Of a DNA stretch of 64,000 bases, positions 48,824 through 61,400 are shown piece after piece. A program made the position numbers and the translations under genes. Source of the stretch: Eremomyces bilateralis CBS 781.70 (Eukaryota); NCBI GenBank assembly GCA_010015585.1, contig ML975155.1; one strand, written 5' to 3'. The notes below the pieces were generated by a model. That model was not told the origin of the DNA. It worked only from the letters and a program-made list of their open reading frames with translations, and did no database searches. Positions within the stretch are counted from its first letter, which is position 1. The number at the start of each line of letters is the position of its first letter.

Positions 48824-49621
48824 ATGGATATTGATAATATGGCGGAGCAACATACTCGGCTGATAAGCACTCAGAAACAAACTTTACAGAGAGCCAAAGC
48901 GCGTCAGGGCCAGCGACCTCGCGTTCGAAAGTCCAGACAGGATGCCTACGCAAAATTCATGCTTCCTCTCATGCTAGGAACACCCAAAGAAGACGGCCAG
49001 ATGATTCACTCGTCCTTTATTCCCCCAGCTTATCATCCGTGCAGTACGCCGGTAGCCCAGTTACAGCGCATCGTGATTAGAGAGCTCCAGCTAGAGACAC
49101 ACCATCGAGGCACGTATCTCTTGCTACGGTCCATCACACCGCCTCGTCGCATGACCGCGATTATGGCACTCGTGGAGGATGAAGAAGGCGATGCCATGAT
49201 GCTGCAGTTATACCAACTAGAAGACGAGAGCACCCGTAAGGCAGCCGATATGGTCAGCGTTGGTACCATCCTGTTGTTGAAGGAGCCATACTACAAGGTT
49301 ATGGCCGACGGCGAGTATGGTCTCCGTGTTGATCATCTCTCAGATGTGGCGTACCTTGATATGGATGACACCAGAATCCCGGAGGTGTGGCGGCCTCGAA
49401 TGATGGGACTACAGCAAACAGCCGAGTCGTTGAAGATCAGGGGTAATCTGGCTATGGGCGAAAAGAGATATTGGGATGCGAGTACAGAGTAAGCGTACCA
49501 CGTTAAGAGTAGAATCGACGGCCGCATATCTGAACATGTGGACAACTGTAGTGTGGTATACAACAATAGAGCGCAATTAGATCAATCATACCATATCGAC
49601 TTATGGAGGGCTCTCAAATGA
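48824..49621 (+). pseudogene. N-terminal fragment of a fungal TPR-SET domain protein; most TPRs and the SET domain are missing
   Basis: PPAYHPC, LETHHRG, MTAIMALVEDE, LLKEPYYKV..GLRVDHLSDV, first TPR helix AESLKIRGN; donor GTAAGC at 49489, then only a short possible exon before a stop. Confidence 0.65.
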
Positions 49622-50050
49622 ATTAGAATGAAAATGAGCCGCAGTTCTCAAAACAGAGTGTACCTCAACCAAGGTTTATTGGTGACTAGATAATATTACT
49701 GAATGGAAGTTGAAGCATAGCATGGGAAATCATGGACAAGCGGTGGCTGTGGCTGACTAGTCATCAATCTATCAGCCCGATGAGATGTCGTTGATGTGGC
49801 GGTGCTTGTCCTGAGTGGAGACCACTCCGCAACTAGAAGTCGGAGGTCCGCAATGTTTGGTGACGATTGACGAGGAACAAAGGAAACCACTTCTTCTCGT
49901 ACTGATTCTCTAATGAGTGTGAGGGCCTTGGAATCAAGAGTCCATAAATCGCATTGCCTTTGCGCTTGAAGCTACCTCATAACCTAGTTTGGGACGCCAT
50001 GCCGCAGCATCACCGATCTCTCCCGCTTGCATGCTCCACATCCACCGAAG

Positions 50051-52945
50051 ATGGTGAGCAGCATATCAGATGGCCAGCTTCCGACGCCCGGTCTCTCTCC
50101 AGAAACACGTTCTTCCAGCATAGATAGACAGCCGAAGGATGCTTTTCAAACCCTTGAATTCCAATCTCTAGGTGGCATCTCGGAAGACAGCGGCACCGCG
50201 ACACCGAATACGACATACGTTGCGGAAAGTATATTAAGCCCAACCGGGGATCCCAAAGATGCCAGATATGGTTCACATCGATCGTCAGTCTCGGATAACC
50301 GTCACCGAAGTAGCTCCGGCAAAGAGAGGGACAGAATCCTGAAACTGTCACCGGCACAATTAAAGCAACTGACGACGTCCCCAACGGCTGTTCCCCTTCG
50401 CGCGGCAACACCCATCTCGGGATCGGAAGATATCTTTGCGCTGGACGACTCTCCAACGAAAGCGGAGCCCGGAAGCTCTGGGAGAGATGATGAGCGACAT
50501 GCGCCGAATAACATGGACCCCGAAGCGATCCCTACGAACGGAATTTCTCTTGCCAACGGATCGGGGGGAGACAAGAAGGCCAACAATGGTTCTGCGGACA
50601 GGAGCAAGGATATGGTAGATCCCAGAGATGGGGAAATATCAGACGCAAAGAAGCAGACGAAACCTCCACGCTCGTCACGCACCTGCTCGACTCCACCCGC
50701 CTGCAGCAGGAAGCAGTCAGGATTTCGACCTCATGGACAGCACAGGGAGAGTCTCTCTAAGACGAGGTCGCAAAACCACGTCCCACCTTCGTTGAATTTG
50801 AAAGATAGCAGCAGGGTCCGGTCCGATCAAGCCTCCGGTGGATTGCGTACTCCTTCATCAAGCCTCGACCCGATTCCATCCCCTCTACATTCCGCTCTTC
50901 CACTGCCTCCGGTGTCCATGCCGACATACCTTCAACTCGAACTCTCTTCAGAGAAACCATCACCCCTATACATCCACAGGTCACCGGCTACTGACTTTCC
51001 ATACGAATCTTCTTCTGTCAAGTTCCAGCGACTTGTGAACTTCCTGCTCCTGCCTCCGAATTTCGAGCAGGTTATGTGGTTTGGGACCCTGGCGTGCCTC
51101 GACGCATGGCTGTACAATTTCACAATCCTTCCACTTCGTTTCATCCGGGCAGTATGGATTCTCACCGTTTCGTTGATTCACAATGCCTGGAGGCAAGTTA
51201 GGGATCTTGGAAGGTTCATCTACAACGGCCTGGGAAGAATGTGGAACCGCTACAGGCACGGATTACGACCAAGCTCAACCGTGAAACCCAACGGATCTGC
51301 CACGTCTGTGGCTACCAAGCAAGAAGCCAGCGCCTCAGACTCGGCTCCCCAGAGAACCGTGTCCAGGGGCCGCGAACGCTCGCAAATGCAATTGCAGGAA
51401 GACCAGAAACGAATTGACCGTCACTTGCGCCGGCGGCACCGGCGGGCTCGATCCATGCCTTCTAAGCTCCTTCCATCCCACAAAGCGGACATTCTGAAGG
51501 GTCTGCTGATTTTCGTTAGCTGTGTCGTTCTACTGAGATTCGATGCAAGCCGGATGTACCATGGCATCCGTGGGCAGGCGGCAATGAAGCTATATGTGAT
51601 CTTCAATGTGCTTGAAATTGCAGATCGACTACTTTCCGCCATCGGGCAAGATGTCATTGAATGTCTACTCTCGCAAGAAACCCTTGAGCGGGACAGTTAC
51701 GGCAGAAGCAAGCTCATTCGACCGTTCTTCATGTTCTTGTTGGCATTGTTGTACAACATCACGCACGCTACCGCGCTATTCTACCAGGTCATCACGCTCA
51801 ATGTTGCGGTCAACTCATATTCCAACGCACTTCTAACCCTATTAATGTCGAACCAGTTCGTCGAGATTAAAGGCACCGTTTTCAAGAAGCTGGAAAAGGA
51901 GAACTTATTCCAGATGACCTGCGCTGACGTCGTGGAGCGATTCCAGCTGTGGCTCATGATGATCATCATCGCGATGCGGAACATCGTTGAGCTTGGAGAT
52001 TTCACCATCGGCCTGCCCGCTATGATGAGCAGCACCACCAGCAGCCCCACCGTGAATACCACCACTACACCCTCTAGCAGCTCCACAATCCTCCCCATGA
52101 GCTTCACCATCCTTCCGAAATGGACGGGACAATTCCTCGGTCCGTTCGTACTCGTACTCGGCAGCGAAATGGTGGTCGACTGGATCAAGCATGCCTACAT
52201 CAACAAGTTCAACAACACCCGCCCCGAAGTCTACGGCCGATTCCTCGACGTCCTCGCCAAAGATTACTACTCCAACGCCTTCGCCTCGCAGAACCTCACG
52301 AAACGCCTCGGCCTCCCCGTCATCCCCCTCGCATGCCTCTTCATCCGCTCCTCCCTGCAAACATACCACATGTTCCTCGCCACCCACATGCCACTTCCCA
52401 TCCCTTCCCCCGTGTCCTCCATCGCACTCGGCGCCGAGACGACGTCCACCCCCGCTCCCATCCCCATCCTCATCCACCTCGACCGCATTTTCCGACGCGC
52501 ACTCGGCCGCTCGGCGTTCGGCGCCGGCGCCGGCAACGGTGGGATGACGGAGCCGCTCGAGGGCTGGAGTACGTGGGTGGTCGACGACGTGATCGCGCTC
52601 ACGACGCTCGCGATGGTGGTGCTGGTGTGCTGGCTCCTCCTCCTCGCCATGAAGCTGCTGCTGGGGATGGCGCTGCTGACATTTTCGCGGAACCGGTATC
52701 ACGGGATGAAAGAGCGAGAGCGGCAGTCGTACACGTATGTGGGAGGGAAGCGGGCAGGGGGGTGGGGGATGGTGGAGGTGGATGATGACAAGAGAAGGAG
52801 GATTTATGAGGGGGATGAGGCGGGGTTGAAGAAGAGTAGGGAGCGGGCGAAGGAGACGGAGCAGGGGGGGAGGGATCTGGATAAGGGGAGCAAAGGGCTG
52901 GATGGCGTGGACAGGTATGCGATGGTTGCGAAGAGGATTTGGTAG
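50051..52945 (+). CDS. EMP65: Emp65/Tapt1 (DUF747) ER membrane protein, single exon
   Basis: FGTLACLDAWLYNFTILPLR, DASRMYHGIRGQAAMKLYVIFNVLE, TLNVAVNSYSNALLTLLMSNQFVEIKGTVFKK, VDWIKHAYINKFN. Confidence 0.92.
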   Translation: MVSSISDGQLPTPGLSPETRSSSIDRQPKDAFQTLEFQSLGGISEDSGTATPNTTYVAESILSPTGDPKDARYGSHRSSVSDNRHRSSSGKERDRILKLSPAQLKQLTTSPTAVPLRAATPISGSEDIFALDDSPTKAEPGSSGRDDERHAPNNMDPEAIPTNGISLANGSGGDKKANNGSADRSKDMVDPRDGEISDAKKQTKPPRSSRTCSTPPACSRKQSGFRPHGQHRESLSKTRSQNHVPPSLNLKDSSRVRSDQASGGLRTPSSSLDPIPSPLHSALPLPPVSMPTYLQLELSSEKPSPLYIHRSPATDFPYESSSVKFQRLVNFLLLPPNFEQVMWFGTLACLDAWLYNFTILPLRFIRAVWILTVSLIHNAWRQVRDLGRFIYNGLGRMWNRYRHGLRPSSTVKPNGSATSVATKQEASASDSAPQRTVSRGRERSQMQLQEDQKRIDRHLRRRHRRARSMPSKLLPSHKADILKGLLIFVSCVVLLRFDASRMYHGIRGQAAMKLYVIFNVLEIADRLLSAIGQDVIECLLSQETLERDSYGRSKLIRPFFMFLLALLYNITHATALFYQVITLNVAVNSYSNALLTLLMSNQFVEIKGTVFKKLEKENLFQMTCADVVERFQLWLMMIIIAMRNIVELGDFTIGLPAMMSSTTSSPTVNTTTTPSSSSTILPMSFTILPKWTGQFLGPFVLVLGSEMVVDWIKHAYINKFNNTRPEVYGRFLDVLAKDYYSNAFASQNLTKRLGLPVIPLACLFIRSSLQTYHMFLATHMPLPIPSPVSSIALGAETTSTPAPIPILIHLDRIFRRALGRSAFGAGAGNGGMTEPLEGWSTWVVDDVIALTTLAMVVLVCWLLLLAMKLLLGMALLTFSRNRYHGMKERERQSYTYVGGKRAGGWGMVEVDDDKRRRIYEGDEAGLKKSRERAKETEQGGRDLDKGSKGLDGVDRYAMVAKRIW

Positions 52946-53106
52946 CCGTAGATTCCTGACACCACTCGTGTCGTCGTTGTCTGATACTGCATTGTGCCGG
53001 CGTTGGTGGGTGGGATGATTAGAGTCATATTCATCGGTGAAAGGGATTGTAGCACTTCTTTACAGAGTGGTTTGAGGCCACGATGTTAACTATCGCAGTT
53101 ATTCAA

Positions 53107-54201
53107 TTACTGTATTCTATAACCTTCCGACCTTGACACTGTGAACTTGTCTAAGCCGCTATATGACCCAGAATTCGTGGCAAACTCCGCGCCCCACGCT
53201 GTCGAATACAACGAACAATACAGGCCTTGCGGCACGTCGTTCATGGAGAGAATATATGAATTGAAGAAAGTCTAGGTGTTTGTCAGTCCGGGCTGAATAG
53301 CGCGAGCGTGTCAAAGCCACTTACACATCCACTCTTGCCTCCACAGGCGGCAGCGCATTGGCCTGGCGAGTCGGTGCCGCCTTGGCTGAACTTGTAGAAC
53401 GTGTATCCGAGATATGTAGAGGCGTCTGGCGCAACTATGGCAGCGGGAAGTTGCTCAGGGGCGCCGTCCCCTGCACTCGACTGCGGAGCCGCGACTTTGT
53501 TATATCCTGGCGATGTCTGTCAGCTTGTGCTGTCGGTCGCCCTGATTGATTGTCTATACCGTTTGAGCCTGTTACAACAACACTGAAGCCATAAGCCATT
53601 GTGACCGCATCCGTGGCTAGGTCGCTTGTGATGGAGCTACTAAAAATCGTACACTATTCCACGGTCAGTCCCGGGACCCGGCCAGTTTCCTAAAGATGTG
53701 GTCACGGTACCTTGAAGTTCGTGATGCTAGGAGGATTGCTGCAATCGCCGTCATCCGGGACTGCCGAGGGGTTACGTTCGATGAAGACGTTAAACCCTAA
53801 GCACCCCTCGCTCTGATTGCAGAGTTCCGCGCACACCACCGGATCATATTGCTGGAGGATATGGACAGCTTGGAAACTATCGGTCGAAACAAATGCTTGT
53901 AGTCCAGAGAATGCGGATCGATAGCCATCGGGAGTGAGAGCAGCAGCGGACAGAGCCTGAAGTCCAGCGTTAGTCGATCTTTCCGATTTGGAGGCAGTAC
54001 CATTCGCAGAGCCTGCACCTTTAGTCCCTGGCTGTTAAGAAACGCTTCCGGTGTATCAGGGGATATCGTTGGACCGGATCCAGAGAACAATGGTGCGCAT
54101 TCATCGTGGCGGACCTGGTGAACCTGTTTAGTTCCATCCGCTTCGGCCAAACCGCCTACTGCCAACGACGCAACTGCAGACGCAAGAACCGAAAACCGCA
54201 T
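53107..54201 (-). CDS. Secreted Cys-patterned protein with two Apple/PAN-like modules (5 exons)
   Basis: Signal MRFSVLASAVASLAVGGLA; module 1 YDPVVCAELCNQSEGCLGFNVFIERNP..CSNPPSITNFK-CTIF; module 2 CAAACGGKSGC-TFFNSYILS..GLYCSLYSTAWG; four GT-AG introns read by eye. Confidence 0.78.
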
Positions 54202-56635
54202 GTTTATGAGTAAGTATACTGGGGCGTGGGGCTGAATAATAAAGAGTGACTGCGCCCAATGGCTATAAACCCATGATTGACTTCAAGACATCGTCTTTAC
54301 AGGCAACATGTAGACGGAGAGAAGACTTGGAGGAATGGAAAACACACGATAGAGGACTTGGACCGGCAAAAGAAGGTTCCGCCACCGCGCAACACCATCA
54401 TAACTTCATAAGAGTTAGCACGCAGCGGACTGCCAAACACAGACGCACTACCAGATTTGGCATGCATAAACTGGTATACCGTCCAATCAGCAACTATCGT
54501 CCATCGTTATTTGCAATCTCGGCAGTGGAGGGGACTACATTTGGGGTAGCGTGACGCCAGAAGCGAAGCTGGGGAGAGACCACGGACTGGACTCCAGAAG
54601 TCTGGGCCTCCCTGTTGACCGTTGACATTATTGACCTCTGATCCTCTCCCGCTTCTGGTTGTCCTCACCTCCTGCAGCCTGGCCTTATCGGATTTGTGGG
54701 CAAATATGGATTAGTTCCTAAACCACAGGGAGAGGGGGAGAGCCATGTGGAAATTGTGGTTGTTCGATAGAAGACGCCGAGGCCCACGTTGCAGGCGAGA
54801 TGCTGGATGAGCAGGGGTATTGAAAATATGCGACTATGATTGGATAAGATGCCATGGTCCTTGCTCTCTTTTAAATTACTGGCCTACTGGGTCCCTGGAA
54901 TGCGTTGGCCTCATCTGATGCTGCACGCTGCAGCTGCAATTCGGAGGACAACGGCATGGAACGATCAATCATCAACTTTGAAATGTGAACGCCCATCAGG
55001 CATCATGGCATTGTCGCTATTCGCCAGCGGCTCAGACTGCAATGGCATTCACTCTTCAGATAAGACTCATGGCAAGTTTGCTGTTCGAAGTCGAGGAGAT
55101 TCATAAACCATGCCAGCTCCAGCCTTTAGGTGATAGGGGTATACCGTATACCGTAGTGATGAGTATTCTGTCCGATAAGATACGCTTCCAAACGGGCCTG
55201 GTAAATACCGATATCGCCTTCCCTTATTCATCTTTTATTGCGTATATAAATAACAGGTCATTATATTATATGGTCTAGTTGCAAGAGCATGGGAAAAATC
55301 CGATATGGAAGTCTGGAACGCCCTTTTCGAATCGCATTTCTACTTCCGCGCTGTCTCTCTCCCCCATTCTTTCTCAAACCCAGTATATAGGAGAAGAACT
55401 CCGTAATCAAGTTTCCGTCGATCTATATAGTTGGAGAAGGGAAAATCGTGTATGCTACGAACCCAAATGATGTCCTATGGATGCAGTTGGTATTGGTGAC
55501 TGTCTTTCTACCTCAGGATGAATAGGTCTCCAGACTAGCAACTAAAGCCGCTGCGCTTCCTTCGTGAGATAATATTGACTCTTGGCCGTCTCTTCTCATA
55601 CATCTAATTGCCGGTCCATGTGGTATAATATTCCCATTTTCCTTCGTTGGTTATCGCAGCAGCAATTACACCAGAGATATATAGATTTAGTATGAATAAG
55701 ACGACGGCAAGCTTGGTTCATTGGGAACATCGTAGATGATTGGTATTCAGTTTTGTCAGTCGTTTTACATTCTATTCAATCTTCCGATCGATTCTTTCCA
55801 TTGGGAGTCCGTCTTGCACTTATTTATGACATGATAGTTTCTCGGGGCCATGCTGGAATCTGCCCCTACCTACACACAGGAATTAGTACTGTACCTGTCG
55901 GCACTTGGTGTGGGAAAATAACCGTTCAGTAAAGAGGACCTTCGGGAGAGTGGATGTCAGAGGATTACGCATCCCACAACGAACTGCAGCGATTGAGCAG
56001 GTCGAGACTACAAACGGAACGAACGGGGAAACATTCTGATACGGAATTCGCCGCAAGAGATGGAAGACTGAGGGCGATGCTCATGAAACTGTGGATGCAT
56101 GTCATGACGCGAGGCAGAGGGTGCCAGGACAAGCTGAATTTCCTCGACTCCGAGTTGCTCTTATAGAATTCAACGTACGTATTTCGCAAGTAAGGGCTCT
56201 TTATCTAGGCGGCTGCGTGCAGGTAGGTTTGTCCCTTGAATTGATGCTCATTGAAGTGGACACGGGCGTCCAGCACGGGGCTCTTTGAGCGGTGAAGGTT
56301 CTGAATTCTGGAGATATCCGTAGAAGCCAAATTCCATGTGAATGTTTGGCCAGGTGGCCTCGATCTCTATTCAGCGAATGCAACAATTCATCATTGTGGG
56401 TCGTTTGTGAGAATACTGTAAATATGATGAATGCAATACTGTTCTCTCTCGGCTCCCTCTCTCTCCCTTTCTTCTTTCTTTATATACTGTATACAATCCC
56501 ACTCAATCCCATTCAATTTCATAGCAGTATATTGTCAAACTTCAATCTCCCGCATTCATACCACCTGTCCCAGTTCACTCCAGAGCCTCACTCCTTCCCA
56601 AGAAAAATCAACGATACCAGTCCCATCACACCAAG

Positions 56636-57902
56636 ATGACTGATTCCAGCAACTCAAGCGGCTATGAGAAGGCGTTTAAGGAACCCATTGTAGAATTGCG
56701 ATGGTGTGAGTGCTGCGTCCGCCACGTCGCCGTCACTGCCTGGGCCTTCCACCTAAACACTCGCCTGCACGTAGAGAACGCAGCTAGGCGACCTTCTGCT
56801 CTGTCACTGGCACAGAACATTTCAGGGCTGTCGATCCGGATGGACGGGCCATCCGCAGCAGTGCCTGCACCAGTGCCGCCAGTGCCTGCACCAGCGCCAG
56901 CACCGACGCCAGTCCCAGCGTCGGCGTCTGCAGCCGCTCCTAGGACGGCCCTACCAATCGTGGCAACGCCCAATCCAACCACTGGACAAGAAAAAGCTAC
57001 CAAAGCTGCTGGTTGGGGCGGGTACACCCACTCCGTCCTCCCGAAGACCAACGCCCATGTAGCACCTGCTAGACGAGCCGCCTATTTCGAGAACAAACCC
57101 ATCGACGCCACTAGGCAGGAACATGTCGGCTATGGTGCCGCACCGCCATGGTCTGTTCGCCGCTTCGAAGGCAGTCAGCGTCGTGGCCGTGGCCGTGGCC
57201 GTGGCCGTGGCCGTGGCGATACGCGCTACGTCGGATACGCTGGAGCCATTACAGAGCCACGTTCGTGCTTCCTCTGTGGTAGCATGCAGCATATGTGCCG
57301 GTACTGTCCCATAAGCATGTGTTATGGGTGCAATCAACGTGAGTAAATCTCTTTGTGATCTGGTTAGGCGGAACACTTGATTGAATGACAACTAACAACA
57401 ATTCAGGCGGCCATATGCGAGAAGACTGCCCGAACCTGCCAAGTCGGGCACGCCGAGGAGGGTCTTGCTGTAAGTATCAAATTCGCATATTATGAAAGTA
57501 TGAAATGTTTTACTGAAAGCAATCATAGATGGACAATCCTCGGCTATGGCTAGCACTCGTCAGTCAATGCCTCACGACAAAGACGCCCGACCAGGAGGCC
57601 TCGACTCCTTCCAGAACCTCCCTGAACCTGTGAGCCCATCATCGAGTACCTGGAGGCTGACTCCGGCCCCGGGACTCCTTCCCAAGCCACTCCGGGTCGA
57701 GCCGATCAGCTATCCAGGCTCACGGACCACTGCCGAGGCGATCACGACTGCCGTACCCAAGCCGCAGCAAGCTCACAGCCGATTTGAGGAGGACCTCATC
57801 GACTTCGGCGATGAGGACACTCCGGACACCGGTGTTGCTGCTTTGAGTGCCGGGGGTCAAGTCACTCCGGTGGTGGAAGGGGAGAACCTGCTCATGGGCT
57901 AG
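56636..57902 (+). CDS. Zinc-finger protein: matrin/U1-type C2H2, RG repeat and two CCHC knuckles (3 exons)
   Basis: CECC..W..HLNTRLH; RG repeat; CFLCGSMQHMCRYC; CYGCNQR-GHMREDC across intron 57339-57406; intron 57470-57528 keeps frame into ORF 57546..57902. Confidence 0.78.
57181..57217. repeat. Coding hexamer repeat (CGTGGC) x6 encoding RGRGRG
   Basis: Read directly from the sequence. Confidence 0.95.
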
Positions 57903-58488
57903 CACGGTGATGGGGGGTGGGTGGAGTAAGGGTATTCCTTGGGGTGGGGGCAGATATGTGTGCTTGGGGAAAAAGAAACATGGCGGGGGAGAGGGATTCA
58001 TGAGGGAAAATGGACGAATAACTGCGACTTGTCAAAGCATCAAAGTCGGCCACTGCAAGCATACACGATATTCACATAAATGCTCGCCAACGCGATATCA
58101 AGGCTCAAAATCAGGTCTTACATAGAGGGTTAGCTGACACTGTTTTCACATAAACACCTGCAATGCGGGCATCCTGATGTACAATATAACGACATAGGAG
58201 AGGTATATCTCCCTTTGGTGCAAAAGTACATGAAAAGCATGGGATAGGTTCTTTCTTTCATTTAGTGCGAGCGTACACGAAAAGCATGGCAAAAGCAACT
58301 ATTTCGGCAATTGCAGTGGTGGCACTTGCCTTCATTTCCTAAAATAAAATGAATGGACATGTCATCCGTGGATGGTTAAAGGAACCAAGGATTCCCTGCG
58401 CCTCGCTATGCGGTGATGTTGAATAAATTGGTGTGCTGCGTGGCTCCACGCTGCAACCCACTGGTGCGTGAAATCGCCTTTAGCTTGA

Positions 58489-61400
58489 CTAGAAGAGCCC
58501 ATCAATCTCACCAGTCTCGGGATCGACGTCGACGTTCAAATAGCCTGGGGCAGTTGGCAAGCCGGGGATGGTTTGAATGTCTGCAGCAAGAGCATACCTA
58601 CGCACAAGTTAGTCCAGACTGCTTCTCAACCTCGCGTTCGAGTCGACTCGGGGACTTACAGATATCCGGCACCCGCTGCCATCCGCACATCTCGAATCGG
58701 CACTGTAAACCCTTCCGGTGCACCTTTTAAAGCTGGGTCATGGCTGAGCGAATACTGCGTCTTCGCCACGCAAATGGGCAGGTTCCCGAAACCTTGCTTC
58801 TGATACATATCGACCTTCTTCTGTGCGAGTTCGGAAAACTCTACTGCCGAGGCGCCGTAGAATGACTTCGCAATCTTGTCGATGCGCTCTTGGACGGTGC
58901 CTTCCAAGTCGTATAGGAGTTTGAAGTCAGGCTTCGGCTTCTCGGCAGCTTTCAGGATACCATGAGCAAGGTCCACAGCGCCCGCTCCGCCGTCTGCGAA
59001 ATGCGTCGCGGGGATGGCATCGTCTGCACCAGCAGCGAGAGCTTCTTCGCGCACAACGGCAATTTCAGCGTCCGTGTCGGTGTGGAAGCGGTTGATGGCA
59101 ACAACAACTGGGACGCCGAAGGATTTAGCGTTGGCGATGTGTTTATTGAGGTTGACGCATCCTTTACGAAGCAGGTCGATGTTTTCGGTGCGGTACACCT
59201 CTTGTAGTTGAGCGCCCGGGGTGATATCCGGACCGCCACCATGAACTTTGAGGGCACGAACGGTGGCGACCACAACAACTGTGTCAGGGACAAGACCAGA
59301 GGAACGGCATTTGATGTTGAAGAAACGCTCGCCACCCATGGTGAAGTCGAATCCGGCCTCGGTGATGACCACGCCGGTCTTCTTGTTGTGATCTTCACCG
59401 GGTTCGGTACCGGCAAGTTTCAGGGCCAGTTTGTCGGCAAGGATGGACGAGGCACCGATCGAAATATTGGCGAAGGGACCGGCATGCACGAAGACGGGCG
59501 TGCCTTCGAGCGTCTGCATGAGATTTGGCTTGATGGCATCCTTCATGAGCGCGGTGAGCGCTCCCCCTGCGCCGAGATCATCGCAAGTGACGGGATCACC
59601 GCTTCTTGAGCTGGCAACAACCATTTTGCCTAGACGTTCCCGCATATCCGCGAGCGAGTTGCTAAGAGCCAGCACGGCCATGCACTCGCTGGCGACCGAG
59701 ATGTCAAATCCGGTCACGCGTGTTTGGCCCTTCTCAGTGCCTGCTTGACCGACCGTGATCCCTCGAAGGTGGCGGTCGTTGACGTCGAGCACTCGTCGCC
59801 AAGTGATGGTATCAGGGTCAATGTCAAGGCGAGCAAACTTCCTAATCTCTTCTTCTGTGAGCTCATCCGGGTTCGTCTTGTCAATCCCAAGCTTCTTGAG
59901 CCTCCGGAACATGATAGGCACAAATTGCCGTTTCCCACCCTTGGTAGGGACCAATCGACGGTATAGGGCAGCATCTTTCTGCGAGTTCTCATGGAACATC
60001 CTTGTTTCGATCGCTGCTGCAAGGAGGTTGTTGGCAGCCGTGATGGCATGGATATCTCCGGTTAGATGCAGATTGAACTCGTCCATCGGGATGACTTGAC
60101 TGTATCCTCCGCCAGCGGCACCACCTTTGATTCCGAAGGTTGGACCTTGACTCGGCTGTCGAACATTTGCAAAGCAAATTCGGTCGAGGTGGCCGGCGAT
60201 GGCTTGACTGAGACCCATAGTGGTCGTGGACTTTCCCTCGCCAAGCGGGGTTGGGGTGATTCCAGTTACGACGATATATCTACCGTTTCTTCTATGCTCC
60301 AGTCTTTTGAGAATATTGAGGTCAACTTTGGCCTTGAAAGCGCCATATGGCTCGAGTTCATGAGGTGCGATCCCTACTTCCTTTGCCACTAGACCGATGA
60401 GTTTAGGTATTTGGGACCGCGATATCGCAATATCCGATGGAATGGGGCGTTCCAACTTGAGTGGCAAGGGGGTAATGTGCCTCTGATGCTGTCTTTCGAA
60501 GTATGCATCGGCTGCATCGACAACGTTCTGAAGGAGCATGGCCACAGTCATTGGTCCCACACCACCAGGGACGGGCGTGATAGCCGAAACCACTTGTGAA
60601 GCGCTCTCAAAGTCAACGTCTCCGACAAGTCGCTGGCCGGACTTCTTGGTCGAGTCGGGAATGTAATTCGTGCCAACGTCAATGACTACGGCGCCCGGCT
60701 TCAGCCATTCACCCTGAACAAAACCCGGTTTCCCGATGGCGGCAACCAGGATATCGGCTCGCTTGATGATCTCCGGTAGGTTCTGGGTTTGAGAATGGCA
60801 TACAGTCACGGTCGCATCGGCGGATTTGAGGAGGTAGCTCACGGGGCTGCCGACGATATCGCTGCGCCCTAGGACGACCGCATCCTTGCCTGCCAGTTCC
60901 ACACCGGCTTCCTTTAGGAGCACCATGACACCTTTCGGCGTGCACGGCGTGAACAGAGGCGTTCCGCCCCGCTTCGCCAATTCTCCCACGTTCGCAACTC
61001 CAAAACCGTCGACATCTTTCTCGTCAGCGACGTAGGAGGTGACCGTATGCTCAGAGATGTGTTTCGGTAAGGGCAACTGGACGAGAATGCCGTGGACAGT
61101 GGTTTCGTTGTTGAACTTCGTGATTTGCTGAAGCAGCTCTGCCTCTGAGATGGTCTCGGGATACTTCTCCAAGCTACAAACAATATTCGCCTAAATACTG
61201 GTAAGTGATCGGAATAGATTCCCAAAATTCGGATCATATACCTCCTCTGCAGCTTTCAATTTCATGCGAACATAGGTGCTTGAGTCCGCACGGTCACCGA
61301 CCTGGACAATCACCAACGAAGGATTATATCTCGGGTTTTCATCCTGCTTCCTTCGGATTTCAGCACCCAAGCCTTCTCGGATTCCCTTCGCAATAGCGGT

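Noticed and set aside
38900..49650. Starship giant transposon as the explanation for the accessory block
   Set aside because: No DUF3435 tyrosine-recombinase captain or recognisable boundary repeats in the window.
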